Origin: an uncultured Clostridia bacterium
GTDB lineage: Bacteria; Bacillota; Clostridia; TANB77; CAG-508
Reading direction: 5' to 3'
Length of the DNA: 60,661 bases
Assembly (NCBI GenBank): GCA_963558405.1
Contig: CAUWGC010000012.1
Coordinates: forward strand, 1 to 60,661
Below are positions 33,096 through 43,812 of the stretch, one piece after another. A model generated the notes under the pieces. It had not been told where the DNA came from. It did no database searches and was given only the letters and a program-made list of their open reading frames with translations. How positions within the stretch are numbered: the first letter of the stretch is position 1; each line of letters begins with the position of its first letter. Both the position numbers and the translations under genes were made by a program.

Positions 33096-33749
33096 TTATT
33101 TTGTACAATAGTCTAAACAAATCCAACCACTAGGACATTTTCCCCAATTACCTCTTACTTCTGATATATCGCATTCTACTTCTCTTACTAATCCATTTGG
33201 TTTATTTGGATTTAATTCCGCTACCTGTTTTTGTGCATTTAAAGTAAGTTCTTCGTATTTTAGCCAGTTATTTTCCAATATTTCTGGTGTTCTTCTTACT
33301 GTTAATACATCTGTATTTACAATATATCTTCCCACTGTATATTTATTTTTATCTCCTGTATCTACTTCTCCTTTATATCTTAATACACAAATATATCCTT
33401 GTCTTATGTCTCTGTATGATACTCTTAGTTTTTTATCTCCATTTTGTTCTAGAAACTTCCAGTTGCAATCTACAATTCCTATGTGACCATATCCTCCACC
33501 ATAGTTTGAGCCATAAACTAAAATATCTCCTCTTTTTAATTCTGCATTTGCAGGTAATTTATTAAATTCTTTTGGTACATTATATGCCCAATCTTTTGCA
33601 TTCCCATGTGCCTCAAAAGGTATTCCAAATACTTTATGTAGGTATTGTTGTACTAAACTTACGCATTGTCCTAAATATTTATAGTTTGGCTCTGGATTTG
33701 CAACTTGTCCTTGTTTTAGAGTCCATTCTCCAAATTCTCTTAAATTCAT
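33096..33749 (-). CDS. endolysin (CHAP + SH3b-like domain)
   Basis: GQCVSLV...GNAKDW...YGHIGIV...EQN; C-terminal GWICLDYC. Confidence 0.88.
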   Translation of the reverse strand: MNLREFGEWTLKQGQVANPEPNYKYLGQCVSLVQQYLHKVFGIPFEAHGNAKDWAYNVPKEFNKLPANAELKRGDILVYGSNYGGGYGHIGIVDCNWKFLEQNGDKKLRVSYRDIRQGYICVLRYKGEVDTGDKNKYTVGRYIVNTDVLTVRRTPEILENNWLKYEELTLNAQKQVAELNPNKPNGLVREVECDISEVRGNWGKCPSGWICLDYCTK

Positions 33750-33752
33750 ATT

Positions 33753-34025
33753 TTATTCCTCCTCGATTTTAATACACTTATTTTCCCATTTTTTATAAGC
33801 ATCTAAGTATAATTCTTTCTTATCTCCATTATATGTAATTTCATAATACATTCCATCACTTACAGTTGTACTTACTAATGCTTTATTATTTTGTAACACC
33901 TTTACTGACCATACTATAAAAACATCTTTTTCTGTTATTTCAAACTTATCCGTTTTATCACTTCTATTATTAAAATAATCAATTATCGTTTTTTTGCATA
34001 AATCCAAAAACTTATCATTACTCAT
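33753..34025 (-). CDS. conserved phage protein (DUF6275-like)
   Basis: VWSVKVLQNNKALVST...YYEITYNGDKKELYLDAYKKWEN motif. Confidence 0.75.
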   Translation of the reverse strand: MSNDKFLDLCKKTIIDYFNNRSDKTDKFEITEKDVFIVWSVKVLQNNKALVSTTVSDGMYYEITYNGDKKELYLDAYKKWENKCIKIEEE

Positions 34026-34027
34026 TT

Positions 34028-34330
34028 TTATTCCTCCTTATTTTTTTGTTTAACAATTTGATTGGCGTATACACTTAAACCAGCTACTAAAATGCCTTGT
34101 GTAATTGATGTAAAAATTGAAATTAAAACTTCTTTATATCCACTTATATCACTAGTAGCTACTACATATATTCCTGCAATTAAAATACCCACTATACCTA
34201 AAATAATTGGAATATATTTGTCCTTGATAAATTCACTATTTTTTACTGCTGCACCAATAAAATATAATACTATTACCAAAATTAATAATTCTGGTTTCAC
34301 ATATTCTTTTACTAATTCTAAAATATCCAT
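34028..34330 (-). CDS. phage holin
   Basis: three TM helices; 'KYIPIILG...ITQGILVAGLSVYANQ' motif; upstream of lysin. Confidence 0.85.
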   Translation of the reverse strand: MDILELVKEYVKPELLILVIVLYFIGAAVKNSEFIKDKYIPIILGIVGILIAGIYVVATSDISGYKEVLISIFTSITQGILVAGLSVYANQIVKQKNKEE

Positions 34331-34352
34331 TTTAATACCTCCTATTCTGTTT

Positions 34353-34565
34353 CTATAATTTTTCTAATAATGTAAGTCTAGTTTCATGATTATTAAGTTG
34401 TTCATGAATTGATTTTCTATCGTTTTTACTTTCATTCATTTGAGAACTTAAATTTTTGATTGTTGTATCTAATTGCACTATCGTAGTGTTTAGTTTAATT
34501 AATACTGAAACAATAGGTAGTACCCCACCTATAATTCCAATTGCCGTCATAATAATATTATCCAT
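34353..34565 (-). CDS. small phage membrane/coiled-coil lysis-module protein
   Basis: N-terminal TM; C-terminal HETRLTLLE. Confidence 0.6.
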   Translation of the reverse strand: MDNIIMTAIGIIGGVLPIVSVLIKLNTTIVQLDTTIKNLSSQMNESKNDRKSIHEQLNNHETRLTLLEKL

Positions 34566-34600
34566 ACTTAATTACCTCTCTATTATAATTAATTCGCCTA

Positions 34601-35719
34601 TTAGTTTTTAGTATAAAACACATCAATATAACTTGTATCATATGCACTCCAGTTATTTTTTGTTGTTATATTTATTTTATTTGTTTCCCAAATATCAACT
34701 TGAACACCATAATTAATATTAGTTATATTAACATATGGCAATTTTTTACAAGCTCCATTTCTACTTTGTCTTGCCATACCTTGATAATCATGAATTTTTA
34801 CAGTTTTTACATTTAAGCCTAAATCTACTTGTTTTTCTGTTGCATTTGGCAAAGCCCCACAATTAATACGTTTACCATATTCGATTTTACCATCAATAAT
34901 TCTTCCTGTTTTAAACTCTTGCCCAGTTGTTATTTCTGTATTAGCTACTACAGGTTCTGGATATACAGTATCATTAGTATAAATTTCACTTAATGTTGCA
35001 TTTTCTAAACATTCTTTTGAATTATTGTCAAAATAATATCCTTCCATAACAATTTTTACATTTGTTAATTTTGATGTTCTCATTGCAATACGCATAATTA
35101 AATTATTTTCAGCAACTACTGCTTCACTCATTGTAATGCCTATTGGTATATTATTTAATATTGTGTTATATTTTTCTCCTCTAGTTAATATTTTTTTGTT
35201 GTTCATCATTAAACTATAACTTTTTTCCAAAAAACCAGCATAATTAATTTCATTGAAATTAGAAAATACTTTAATTTTTATTTCTGGAAAATTTAATGCT
35301 CCATCTTTTAAAGGAATTCTTATACTTACTTTTTGACCAGAAATTCCTGTTTGAAACATGATACTTCCAAAATATTTGATAACTTTTGATGGTGCTAATT
35401 CATTTTTTAAATCAGTCTGTATTTTATTTAAGTCTTCTAATGTTGCTAAAGAACTTACATCAAAATTATCAGAATATATAATCCAATCAGTTCCATTAAA
35501 AATATAATTCTTATTTTCATTTGTTACATTATAAATCCATCCTGCTTCTGAATCTTGTGGTAAATTTTCTACTACGTCTACGCTCCCTTTATATATTAAT
35601 GGATTTCCAAATTTATCTACTCTTTTTTTTATTGCTGAGGCCATTTTTTCTGAATATATATTTAAATCGCTCATATCATCATTTTCAAAAATAGGTATAT
35701 CACCATCTATATATTTCAT
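34601..35719 (-). CDS. tail fibre/receptor-binding-associated protein
   Basis: position at the end of the tail module; 'TGRIIDGKIEYGKRINCGALPN' fibre-tip-like C-terminus. Confidence 0.6.
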   Translation of the reverse strand: MKYIDGDIPIFENDDMSDLNIYSEKMASAIKKRVDKFGNPLIYKGSVDVVENLPQDSEAGWIYNVTNENKNYIFNGTDWIIYSDNFDVSSLATLEDLNKIQTDLKNELAPSKVIKYFGSIMFQTGISGQKVSIRIPLKDGALNFPEIKIKVFSNFNEINYAGFLEKSYSLMMNNKKILTRGEKYNTILNNIPIGITMSEAVVAENNLIMRIAMRTSKLTNVKIVMEGYYFDNNSKECLENATLSEIYTNDTVYPEPVVANTEITTGQEFKTGRIIDGKIEYGKRINCGALPNATEKQVDLGLNVKTVKIHDYQGMARQSRNGACKKLPYVNITNINYGVQVDIWETNKINITTKNNWSAYDTSYIDVFYTKN

Positions 35720-35720
35720 G

Positions 35721-35885
35721 TTATACTCCTTTCAATTCAGAAACTTTATATGTTTTTAATTTAGAAACTTTAGTCATTTTCAATTCTTCATATTTAATAT
35801 ATCTTATTGTTTTAATTTTTAATTTAAAAATTGAACCAACTTCTATTTTGGCTGGTTCAATAACTTTTTCCACAATTTTTCCCAT
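35721..35885 (-). CDS. 54-aa phage hypothetical protein
   Basis: MGKIVEKVIEPAK...KGV*, read manually; fills the gap between tail genes. Confidence 0.55.
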   Translation of the reverse strand: MGKIVEKVIEPAKIEVGSIFKLKIKTIRYIKYEELKMTKVSKLKTYKVSELKGV

Positions 35886-35901
35886 AATATATTATTCCTT
35901 T

Positions 35902-37027
35902 TTAATCTACTATATATGTTAAAAAAGCACTTCTTTCTGTTGGACTTTCGTCTGGCATTGTAGTTATAGAACATTTATCGGTTTCGGGTATTACTTTCAA
36001 TAATACAATATTTCCTGTATCGTCTCTAGCAGAAAGAATATTTTTATCGCTTGGCTTAGCCCAACTTGGTAAAGTTGCTGCATTAGAAGATATCATACTT
36101 GAAGAAGTTGTAATGACACCGATTGCATAAACTACTTTTCCAAATTTTCTAAAAGTTATTTTTCCGCTTTTAGCTAATGTAACTGTTTGTTTTTGTAATG
36201 CACTTTGTCCTGTGCCACCTCTTGTTGTTGGTAAAACACCTGCATTAGCTTTAGACATATCTAATCCTGTAACTGGAATTGATACGTTTTTTGATCCATC
36301 AAAACTAGTTGCTGTTCCTGTAGCTCCTCCAGTTAAAGATATTGTTCTTGCATTTTGTAATTTTGTTGAAGTTGCAGCATTTCCGTGTACAACTACCAGA
36401 AGAACCACTAGTATTGCCAGTAACATTCCCTGTAACATTTCCTTTAACATTTCCTTCAATTCCTCCTTGTGCATATAATTTTCCCGTCATAGTGCCTCCA
36501 GATTTTGGTACATATAAAGATCCGTTATCTATTTCTTTTATATGTTGTTCTATTTCATCATATATAGAATCGAAATCAAGAAAAGTTCTCTTGTCTTGAA
36601 AATCTGTGATACCACTTGCAGAAGTTCTAAAACGAGCCAATTCATATTGATATATACCAGATACATTTTTTACTATATTAGTTTGCGTTAAGTTTGGATA
36701 GCCACTATTACTTTTTACTATTTTGTAAACTCCTTGTGCAAAATCACTATCCGTATTCTCTTTATCTAAGTCAATTTCGATTACTAATTTACAATAAGCT
36801 GATTCTGTACCAACTGGAATAGATGTATATGTATCTTCTTCTAAAAATCTTCCTTGAATACATACTGCACCACTATCTATTGTTATAGTTGAACCACTAA
36901 CAGTTGGTTTCATGCCATTTTTATAATTGTCTGACACTCCATCCGTTCCATTTAAAAATGTATTAATAAATAATGCAAATATTGGATTTCCAAATAATTG
37001 TTTTGAAAAAACATGTCCTTTTAACAT
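35902..37027 (-). CDS. baseplate/tail fibre protein; +1 frameshift at CGG 36383-36385 (374 aa if joined)
   Basis: GNVTGNVTGNTSGSSGSCT joins GNAATSTKLQNARTISLTG at TGT ACA C GGA AAT, a typical fibre repeat continuation. Confidence 0.8.
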
Positions 37028-37028
37028 T

Positions 37029-38273
37029 TTATTTTCTCCTCTCTTTTAATAGTTTATCAATAAAATTAATACGAATATTTCCACAGGTATACTCGTAAAA
37101 TTTGTTTTGTGAAATTTTTATTGCTGAAATATACGTATTATATATTAAAGACTCTTTTGTTTTTATTGCAATTGGAGTTCCAACTGGAATAAATCTATCG
37201 TTATATGCAAATGTGATATTATGATTATATGAATTAGCCTTCATCTTATCTAAAGCCATTTGCCCTGCGTCTTCATAATTCGTTGTATAAACAGTTTCTA
37301 CTTTTCCACCTGCTCTATTTTCATTACTCATATCAGTTGTTGTAGTTCTATCATTTAATAAGTAGAGTGTATATTGTCCTTTCTTATCCACTTCATTTTC
37401 TTTATCATACAAAACTGTTACCTTACTTACTACATCTGTTTCAAAAACTTCAACATAATTTGATATTGCTTGGGCTTGTGTATCTATTAATTCCTTTTTC
37501 ATTTCTTTGCTTTCAATATTAATAACAAGTTTTTTATTTACAATATTAAAACTGTACACAATATCATATAGCTGTGTACAGTTTGTCATCCAAGTATGTA
37601 GATTATATATTCCATTCTCTACATTTGATACAGTTGTATTTTTCTTTGTATGTGTTTTTACTACAACTTGCAAATATTTTAGATTTAAGAAAGTATCTAT
37701 ATTTGATATGAAATTGTCTACTATCGTTTTTGCTATAAAATCTTCAATTCCAGTTGTTTTAATCAATTCTTCATTTTTTAATATTACATTCTGATTAAAT
37801 AAGTTAGTTATATATTTTATTGTATATTCATATAAAGATTTTCCATCTTCATTTTGTATATTATCAGTTGTTCCCCAGTAAATTACTTTATTGTTTTTCT
37901 TTATAGCAATAATATCTCTTGCTTTTGCTCCATTTTTCTTTAATACTTGAATTATTGTATTAGCATTTGTTTCTTCATCTATGTTAATATCATAATCTGC
38001 TATTTCTACAATATCTTTTACAATAAAATCCTTATAATCAAATATCCACATAAAAACTTTATTGATTTCAATTTTGATAGGTTCTTTTGCCAACACTTGT
38101 ATAGGAACTATATCTTTATATACTCCTCCACACAAATCTGTAAAGGTTATATCTGCGTTATATATACCCCCAGTATCGGGAGCTTTTAGTTCTAATTCAT
38201 AATACCCACTTTGATTATTATAAAATGCAATATAATCTTGCTCATTAAATTTTATAATAAGTTCATTTTTCAT
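37029..38273 (-). CDS. minor tail protein (Tal/baseplate-hub position)
   Basis: 414 aa; immediately after the Dit-like gene. Confidence 0.55.
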   Translation of the reverse strand: MKNELIIKFNEQDYIAFYNNQSGYYELELKAPDTGGIYNADITFTDLCGGVYKDIVPIQVLAKEPIKIEINKVFMWIFDYKDFIVKDIVEIADYDINIDEETNANTIIQVLKKNGAKARDIIAIKKNNKVIYWGTTDNIQNEDGKSLYEYTIKYITNLFNQNVILKNEELIKTTGIEDFIAKTIVDNFISNIDTFLNLKYLQVVVKTHTKKNTTVSNVENGIYNLHTWMTNCTQLYDIVYSFNIVNKKLVINIESKEMKKELIDTQAQAISNYVEVFETDVVSKVTVLYDKENEVDKKGQYTLYLLNDRTTTTDMSNENRAGGKVETVYTTNYEDAGQMALDKMKANSYNHNITFAYNDRFIPVGTPIAIKTKESLIYNTYISAIKISQNKFYEYTCGNIRINFIDKLLKERRK

Positions 38274-38282
38274 ATCGTCCTC

Positions 38283-39141
38283 CTATACAGCCTTGTATTG
38301 TGGAAGTATTGTTATCTGAGCATTTAAAACTTCATTATCTGCCTTTAGCTTAATTTCACAACTTCTACCTTTTGGAAGTCTTATTACATTATCATTTTCA
38401 AATTTTATATGATCTAAGCTGAACAAACTACTCTTTGTTCCATCTGTATTTTTTCTACCTATATAGAACTTGTTTTCTCTACTATCATATAAAAGCTTTT
38501 CATATTCAGCTATATCTACTGTAATTTCGACTGTTTGATACAGCTCTCCTTCTACATATAGTTCAATTCTAGGATTTACAATGTGTCCATCAATTTCTAT
38601 TATAACTGGGGCTTCCACATGCCCTTTATTAATGTACTGTAAATTCCTTGTATCATAATCAGTAAATTTGCTATCCCACCTAAAATCCCAACGAATTTCA
38701 TTTGATTGTGGCTCTATTTTATAAATTACTGTATTTTCCTCATACCATAAAGAAAGACAGTCAAATGTGACTGTCTCTGATAAAATTCCATTAGTTTGTA
38801 GTTGTGTTTTAGATAGATTTTGAATTTGTATATCTTTGAAAAATTCTTTTGTATTCCCATCTTTATAAGGTATTTTATAACTAAATTTTAAACTATCTGA
38901 ACTTTCTATAAAATCTACAAAAGAAGTATAGTTATCATAATTTAAAAAATTAAGGATTCCACTGATTTGTCCTTGTTCCATATTTCTTAAATTACTTATA
39001 AATGTATTTCCTAGTTGCTGGTACTCTGTTGTATAAGAATAACCAAGTCCGACTAGGGTCTGTTAATAAACAATATTTTTTTATATCCATTAAAGAAAAC
39101 TCTTGACCTTTTTGGTTTATTAATTTAAATTCTCTGACCAT
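38283..39141 (-). CDS. distal tail (Dit-like) protein; +1 frameshift at CGG 39049-39051 (285 aa if joined)
   Basis: GGAGG RBS + ATG 39141 (MVREFKLINQKG...LTDPS) joins GLGYSY...MEQGQISG at AGT C GGA CTT GGT. Confidence 0.78.
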
Positions 39142-39236
39142 TTTTTCCTCCATTTTAGACATAAAAGTATATTACCTAAAAAAATAAAATTCCTAGAAAT
39201 CGATTCTATGAGCTTATTTTTTATTGTTTTGACATC

Positions 39237-39270
39237 AAAAAAACACCTACATTTTGTAAGTGTTTTTTTG
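39237..39270. terminator. terminator of the ltp-like moron
   Basis: aaaaaaacacctac-atttt-gtaagtgttttttt. Confidence 0.6.
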
Positions 39271-39271
39271 A

Positions 39272-39967
39272 TTAGTATCCTACAGCGGTTGCTCCATATT
39301 CTGCTTGTTCTCTGGTAAATCCTTCAAATTCAAGCTGATCAATTAATCCACTTTTTGAAAATGATGAATACTTCATATATTGTTGAGCTGATTTAGCCGC
39401 TTGTTCATTCCAATTAGCTTCACAATGATCAGCTCCATAAGTAGCCTCTTCTTTAGAAAATCCTTCAAATTCAAGTTGTTCAATCAATCCAGTATAAGAA
39501 AATGCTGTATAATTTAGATAATCATTAGCCGTTGCTAATGCATTTCTTTCTCCTAAAGTCGGTTCCTTTCCTAGAGAATATATTAGTATAACAGTATCTC
39601 CCTCATAAATTTTTGTGTTCGCTTGAGGGCTTTGACTGATAAAACTGCCAGTCGAAATTGTGTCTGAATATTGATTTTTTATATTGCAATTTATATTGCT
39701 GTTTGAACACCAATTTTGTATATCTTCTTTTGACATTGTACTAAAATCAATAAGCACTACTTCTTTTTTTTCTGTAGTTTCTGTCTCTAATATATTCTCT
39801 GTATCATTTTGCGAATTATTGAGTATATTATCATACCTACTACTTGTCTTATTAGTTTTTCTATCATTATTTATAGCAAATATCATCCATGCAACAATTA
39901 TCATTATTATAACTATCCAAAACCAGATTTTTATAAAATAATTTCTTTCTTGTGTATTATTTTTCAT
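39272..39967 (-). CDS. Ltp-family superinfection-exclusion-like membrane protein with PASTA domain
   Basis: two C-terminal repeats 'A..YL....FS..GLI.QLEFEGF..E.A.YG'; PASTA-like 'ISQSPQANTKI...V.L..SLG'; N-terminal TM. Confidence 0.8.
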   Translation of the reverse strand: MKNNTQERNYFIKIWFWIVIIMIIVAWMIFAINNDRKTNKTSSRYDNILNNSQNDTENILETETTEKKEVVLIDFSTMSKEDIQNWCSNSNINCNIKNQYSDTISTGSFISQSPQANTKIYEGDTVILIYSLGKEPTLGERNALATANDYLNYTAFSYTGLIEQLEFEGFSKEEATYGADHCEANWNEQAAKSAQQYMKYSSFSKSGLIDQLEFEGFTREQAEYGATAVGY

Positions 39968-40086
39968 TTTTATCCCCCCTTCCTACTATAAAGAAAAGTA
40001 TAACATATAAAAAACTATTTTTTTGTCATAATATGTCGAAATTTTAAATTTTTTTCTGATTTTTTCTTAACATTCAAGATTTATTT

Positions 40087-43000
40087 TTAATATGCACTAC
40101 CAAACTTTTTATTTATATAATTAAAGCATTGTTGTAGTTTAGCTTCATCAAGCTCCTGTACGTTAAATACAATTTGTGGGGTTGTAAAAATAGTCTTAGA
40201 TTTTTCTATAACTTTGCTGTTAATTCCTTTAAAATTAGAATTAAAATTCATTCCATTAAATTTTTTCAAAACATCTGTTGCAATAGCTTTTGCTTTTTCA
40301 TTTAGAATTTTTCTACCTTTTTCCATTTCTTGCTCTGGAGAAGCCATTACATTTTTAAAAATTTCTCTTGTTTTTTTAGATGGAGAATGTATATCGAATG
40401 ATTTTCTTAGTCTGCTCAAAATTCCATCTGCAATGTCAGAAGCTTTTGCAAATAAGCTTGGTTCCTTTTTCTCCATTTCTGTAAGCATCGGCTCCATTGC
40501 ATTTTTCATAGCTTCTTTGGTTCCTTGGGGCATGCTATCATAACTATCTAATATATTATCAACCATTCTTTTGGTTTCGTCATCAATCTTTCCCCCGTAC
40601 AATTCAGTTTGAGAAACCAAAGTCAACCATACTCCTAATTCTTTTTCCTGTTCTTCAGACATAGTATCATACATTTTGTCCCATATCTCTTTTTGTTTCT
40701 TATGATGTTTTGTGTTTTCTGAGCCTTCTGCCATATTTCTTCCTGCAATATTATTTATGTAATAGTCTCCTATTTCTTTTATTTTATCACTATGCCTTTG
40801 GCTTTCTTCTTCTAATTCTTTATTTGAACTTTCTAAGACAGAATACCATTCGCTCTCTTGCTTACTTCTTTCTATGTATCCATTTGCATACACCTGAGTA
40901 ACTTTTGTTACCTCTTGTATAGCAGCATTTATTTTTTGCTCTTGTTGAGACATTATATCTTGATATTCTTTTTGATACTCTTCTGTCCTCCTTGACTCTT
41001 CTGTGGAATATCTTTGATTTAGTAGAGCTATCTGTTGTGTTGTTCCATCTTGAATTAGTTTTATTGTTTCATCTTTTTGTTCTGTAGCTGTTTTTACCCA
41101 CTCTTGTGATTGAATTTTATATTCTTCTAATGAACCTTGAAAAATTTCTGCATTTGTTGCAGCTTGTTGAGTAATTGCATTTGCAATCTGACTCTGTATC
41201 TCTATTTCTCTGTTTTTTAAATCTCTTAATTTTGCAAAATAGTCATCTAGCTGTGTTATCTCTTTTTGTGTATATCCTCTACGTTCATCAGATGCTGTTT
41301 TACATATTTGTGTTATTCCATTTTGTATTTCTTGCATTTCTTCTTGTAACTTTTGCTGTTCTTCTGCACTTACAAATAATGTACTATTGAACGCAGACAA
41401 ATGAGATTCTGCACTACTAATTCCAGTTATAAATTCTGTAGCACTATTTCCCATATTTGAAAAAGCTTCTTTTGTTTCTTTTTCAGCATTATTTACTGAT
41501 GCAATAATAGCAGTTACTGCTATTCCAATCCCTATACTAGCTAGACCAGCCGGACTAGTTATAGCTCCAAAGGCTTTTGCTAAGTTGTTTACACTTTTTT
41601 CTGACGAAGTTGTTTTGTTTGTGGCCACCCCTATTGCTTTAGAAAATGTACCAATTCCTTTAGTTACACCCCCAATCACTTGCTGTGCTGTTCCTGCTGT
41701 TTTTATTGCAGGACCTAAAGCAGCAACAAATAATCCTAGTTTTGCAATGTTTTCTTTTTCAGCGTCGCTCATTCCTTCTAATTTATCTATGAACCCCTCA
41801 GCCATATCAATTAAGTCTTCTAAAATTGGTAGCATTTCTTCTCCAAAGTCGGCTCCTAAACTTTGCAATCTTTTCAATTGTGTTTCTGCTTTCTTTTTGG
41901 TTGTATTGTACAATTGATCAATAGATTTTTGCATAGAATCACTACTTTTAGATATTCCATTGTCCATTTTTGCAAAGCTCGTTATTACGGTAGGTCCTAG
42001 GTCTTCCCACATAGTACCAAACAAATCAACACCTGCTATACTTTGAGAAACCTTATCATCCATTTTTCCTAATCTCGTTACGACTTCAATGAATGCTTCT
42101 TTTGCTTCTTCTCCCCCATTAGCAAATTTCTCTGCCATTTTATCTGCATTAACTCCAATTCTCTTAAAACCATCTATTGTTGTATTGCTTCCATCAATTG
42201 CCCTTATAGAAAATTCTTTTACTGCATCTCCTATTTTATCTAAATTGAAAGCTCCATTATCTGCCCCAACTTTAAATATGTTAAACATATCTTCTGCTGA
42301 CAATCCCAATTTTCCAAACTGTACAGAATATTCGTTAATATTATCTAATAATTCATTAGAAAAATCTAAGCCTTGTTTTTTTCCTTCCGCTATCAGATTA
42401 AAAGCTTCATCTGCACTAACATTAAGATTATCCATCATGGCTTTTACAGCTCTTATACTCTCAGAAACATCGTATCCAAATAAATCTCGCAAAGCTATTG
42501 CTTGCTCCGTAATATTTTGTAAATCTTGCTCATTTAAATCTTTTAATTGAACTTTTACCTGTGTCATAGAATCAGCAATATCTTCGTATCCATCTCCATA
42601 GTTGTTTTTGTTAATATCTTCTAATACTTTTTTATATTTTTCAGTTTCTATTTCTGCTGTATTAGTGCTACTAATGTATTTAGCAACTGCATCCTCCACA
42701 TTCATCGCACTATTTGCTAATACTGTACCACCAGCTACGACTCCTGCGGAAATAGTTGATGCTTTATTTGCTATGTCATCAATTTTTTTTCCTACTGTTG
42801 TTATTTCGTTTCCGTACTCTTCTATTTTTTTTCCTGCTTTTGTCCAATTAGAATTTTGAGCATTAAACTGTTTGAGTTCATCCGTTAAATTATTTAGCTT
42901 GTTTTCTGTATTAACAATTTCTCTTTGTAAATTTCTATAATTTTCTTCAGATATTTTGGCACCTTCTGCTATCTTTTTATCCGTTTCATCTTTTACTTTT

Positions 43001-43230
43001 TTTAATTGTTCCAATTTATTTTTAGTATTTTCTATGTTCTGATTTAAAACAGTTTGCTTTTGACTTAAAAGTTCTACGTTTTTAGGATCTAGTTTAAGTA
43101 AAGAATTGATTCCTTTTAATTCCTTGCTTAAACTAGAACTAGTTGAATTAACTTGATTTAATGCCTTTTGGAGTCCAGATGTATCTCCTCCTATCTCGAC
43201 AATTAGTCCTTTTAATGTTCCATTAGCCAT
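40087..43230 (-). CDS. tail tape measure protein
   Basis: 1047 aa; KGLIVEIGGDT N-terminus; DKIGDAVKEF and GTMWEDLG motifs; DIHSPS. Confidence 0.93.
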   Translation of the reverse strand: MANGTLKGLIVEIGGDTSGLQKALNQVNSTSSSLSKELKGINSLLKLDPKNVELLSQKQTVLNQNIENTKNKLEQLKKVKDETDKKIAEGAKISEENYRNLQREIVNTENKLNNLTDELKQFNAQNSNWTKAGKKIEEYGNEITTVGKKIDDIANKASTISAGVVAGGTVLANSAMNVEDAVAKYISSTNTAEIETEKYKKVLEDINKNNYGDGYEDIADSMTQVKVQLKDLNEQDLQNITEQAIALRDLFGYDVSESIRAVKAMMDNLNVSADEAFNLIAEGKKQGLDFSNELLDNINEYSVQFGKLGLSAEDMFNIFKVGADNGAFNLDKIGDAVKEFSIRAIDGSNTTIDGFKRIGVNADKMAEKFANGGEEAKEAFIEVVTRLGKMDDKVSQSIAGVDLFGTMWEDLGPTVITSFAKMDNGISKSSDSMQKSIDQLYNTTKKKAETQLKRLQSLGADFGEEMLPILEDLIDMAEGFIDKLEGMSDAEKENIAKLGLFVAALGPAIKTAGTAQQVIGGVTKGIGTFSKAIGVATNKTTSSEKSVNNLAKAFGAITSPAGLASIGIGIAVTAIIASVNNAEKETKEAFSNMGNSATEFITGISSAESHLSAFNSTLFVSAEEQQKLQEEMQEIQNGITQICKTASDERRGYTQKEITQLDDYFAKLRDLKNREIEIQSQIANAITQQAATNAEIFQGSLEEYKIQSQEWVKTATEQKDETIKLIQDGTTQQIALLNQRYSTEESRRTEEYQKEYQDIMSQQEQKINAAIQEVTKVTQVYANGYIERSKQESEWYSVLESSNKELEEESQRHSDKIKEIGDYYINNIAGRNMAEGSENTKHHKKQKEIWDKMYDTMSEEQEKELGVWLTLVSQTELYGGKIDDETKRMVDNILDSYDSMPQGTKEAMKNAMEPMLTEMEKKEPSLFAKASDIADGILSRLRKSFDIHSPSKKTREIFKNVMASPEQEMEKGRKILNEKAKAIATDVLKKFNGMNFNSNFKGINSKVIEKSKTIFTTPQIVFNVQELDEAKLQQCFNYINKKFGSAY

Positions 43231-43239
43231 TTTTTCCTC

Positions 43240-43809
43240 CTATAAAGAAGCTAATTTGTCCCAATCTGCTTGCGTAGCTTCTTTAAATTTTGTTGTTTTT
43301 TCTTTATTTCTTTCCGAATAAGAAGAAATGAAGATTTTAATTACATCAATGTAAGTTAATTTTTCTAAATCTTCTAAAGATAATCCATATTCTAAGCATA
43401 CTTTGAGAAATTCGTGTTCTGGAAAGATATTAGTTTTTGTATTACTACTAGGTATTTTTTGTAATTCTTCTACTACTTCTTCATCTATAAAACTTTCTAA
43501 GAATACTTCTATTGTTTCGTTAATTATATCTTCTGTCAAAGTGTTTTTTTCTATGTTTTCGCTCCACTTTTCAAAGTTATCAATATCTTGATTCTTAGCA
43601 TAAATGAGGGTATAAACTAGTCTTAGTAGTATTTTATAAAATTCTTCTATGTATTGTTCTTTTATGTTGTTTTGTGAAATATTGATTAAGTTTCTTCTTA
43701 AATTTTCTAAGTCTTCAATTATATTAATTTTAAATAGCTTCTTATAATATACATAGGACAACGCATTGCATTGTCCTATGTATACCTGGTTTTTGATATT
43801 AATTATCAT
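43240..43809 (-). CDS. tail assembly chaperone (single ORF)
   Basis: between MTP and TMP; C-terminal 'GLSLEDL..LT...ATQADWD'. Confidence 0.6.
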   Translation of the reverse strand: MIINIKNQVYIGQCNALSYVYYKKLFKINIIEDLENLRRNLINISQNNIKEQYIEEFYKILLRLVYTLIYAKNQDIDNFEKWSENIEKNTLTEDIINETIEVFLESFIDEEVVEELQKIPSSNTKTNIFPEHEFLKVCLEYGLSLEDLEKLTYIDVIKIFISSYSERNKEKTTKFKEATQADWDKLASL

Positions 43810-43812
43810 ATT

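Noticed and set aside
34601-37027. Diversity-generating retroelement or invertible tail-fibre cassette
   Set aside because: No reverse transcriptase, invertase or duplicated TR/VR-like repeat was seen in the window.
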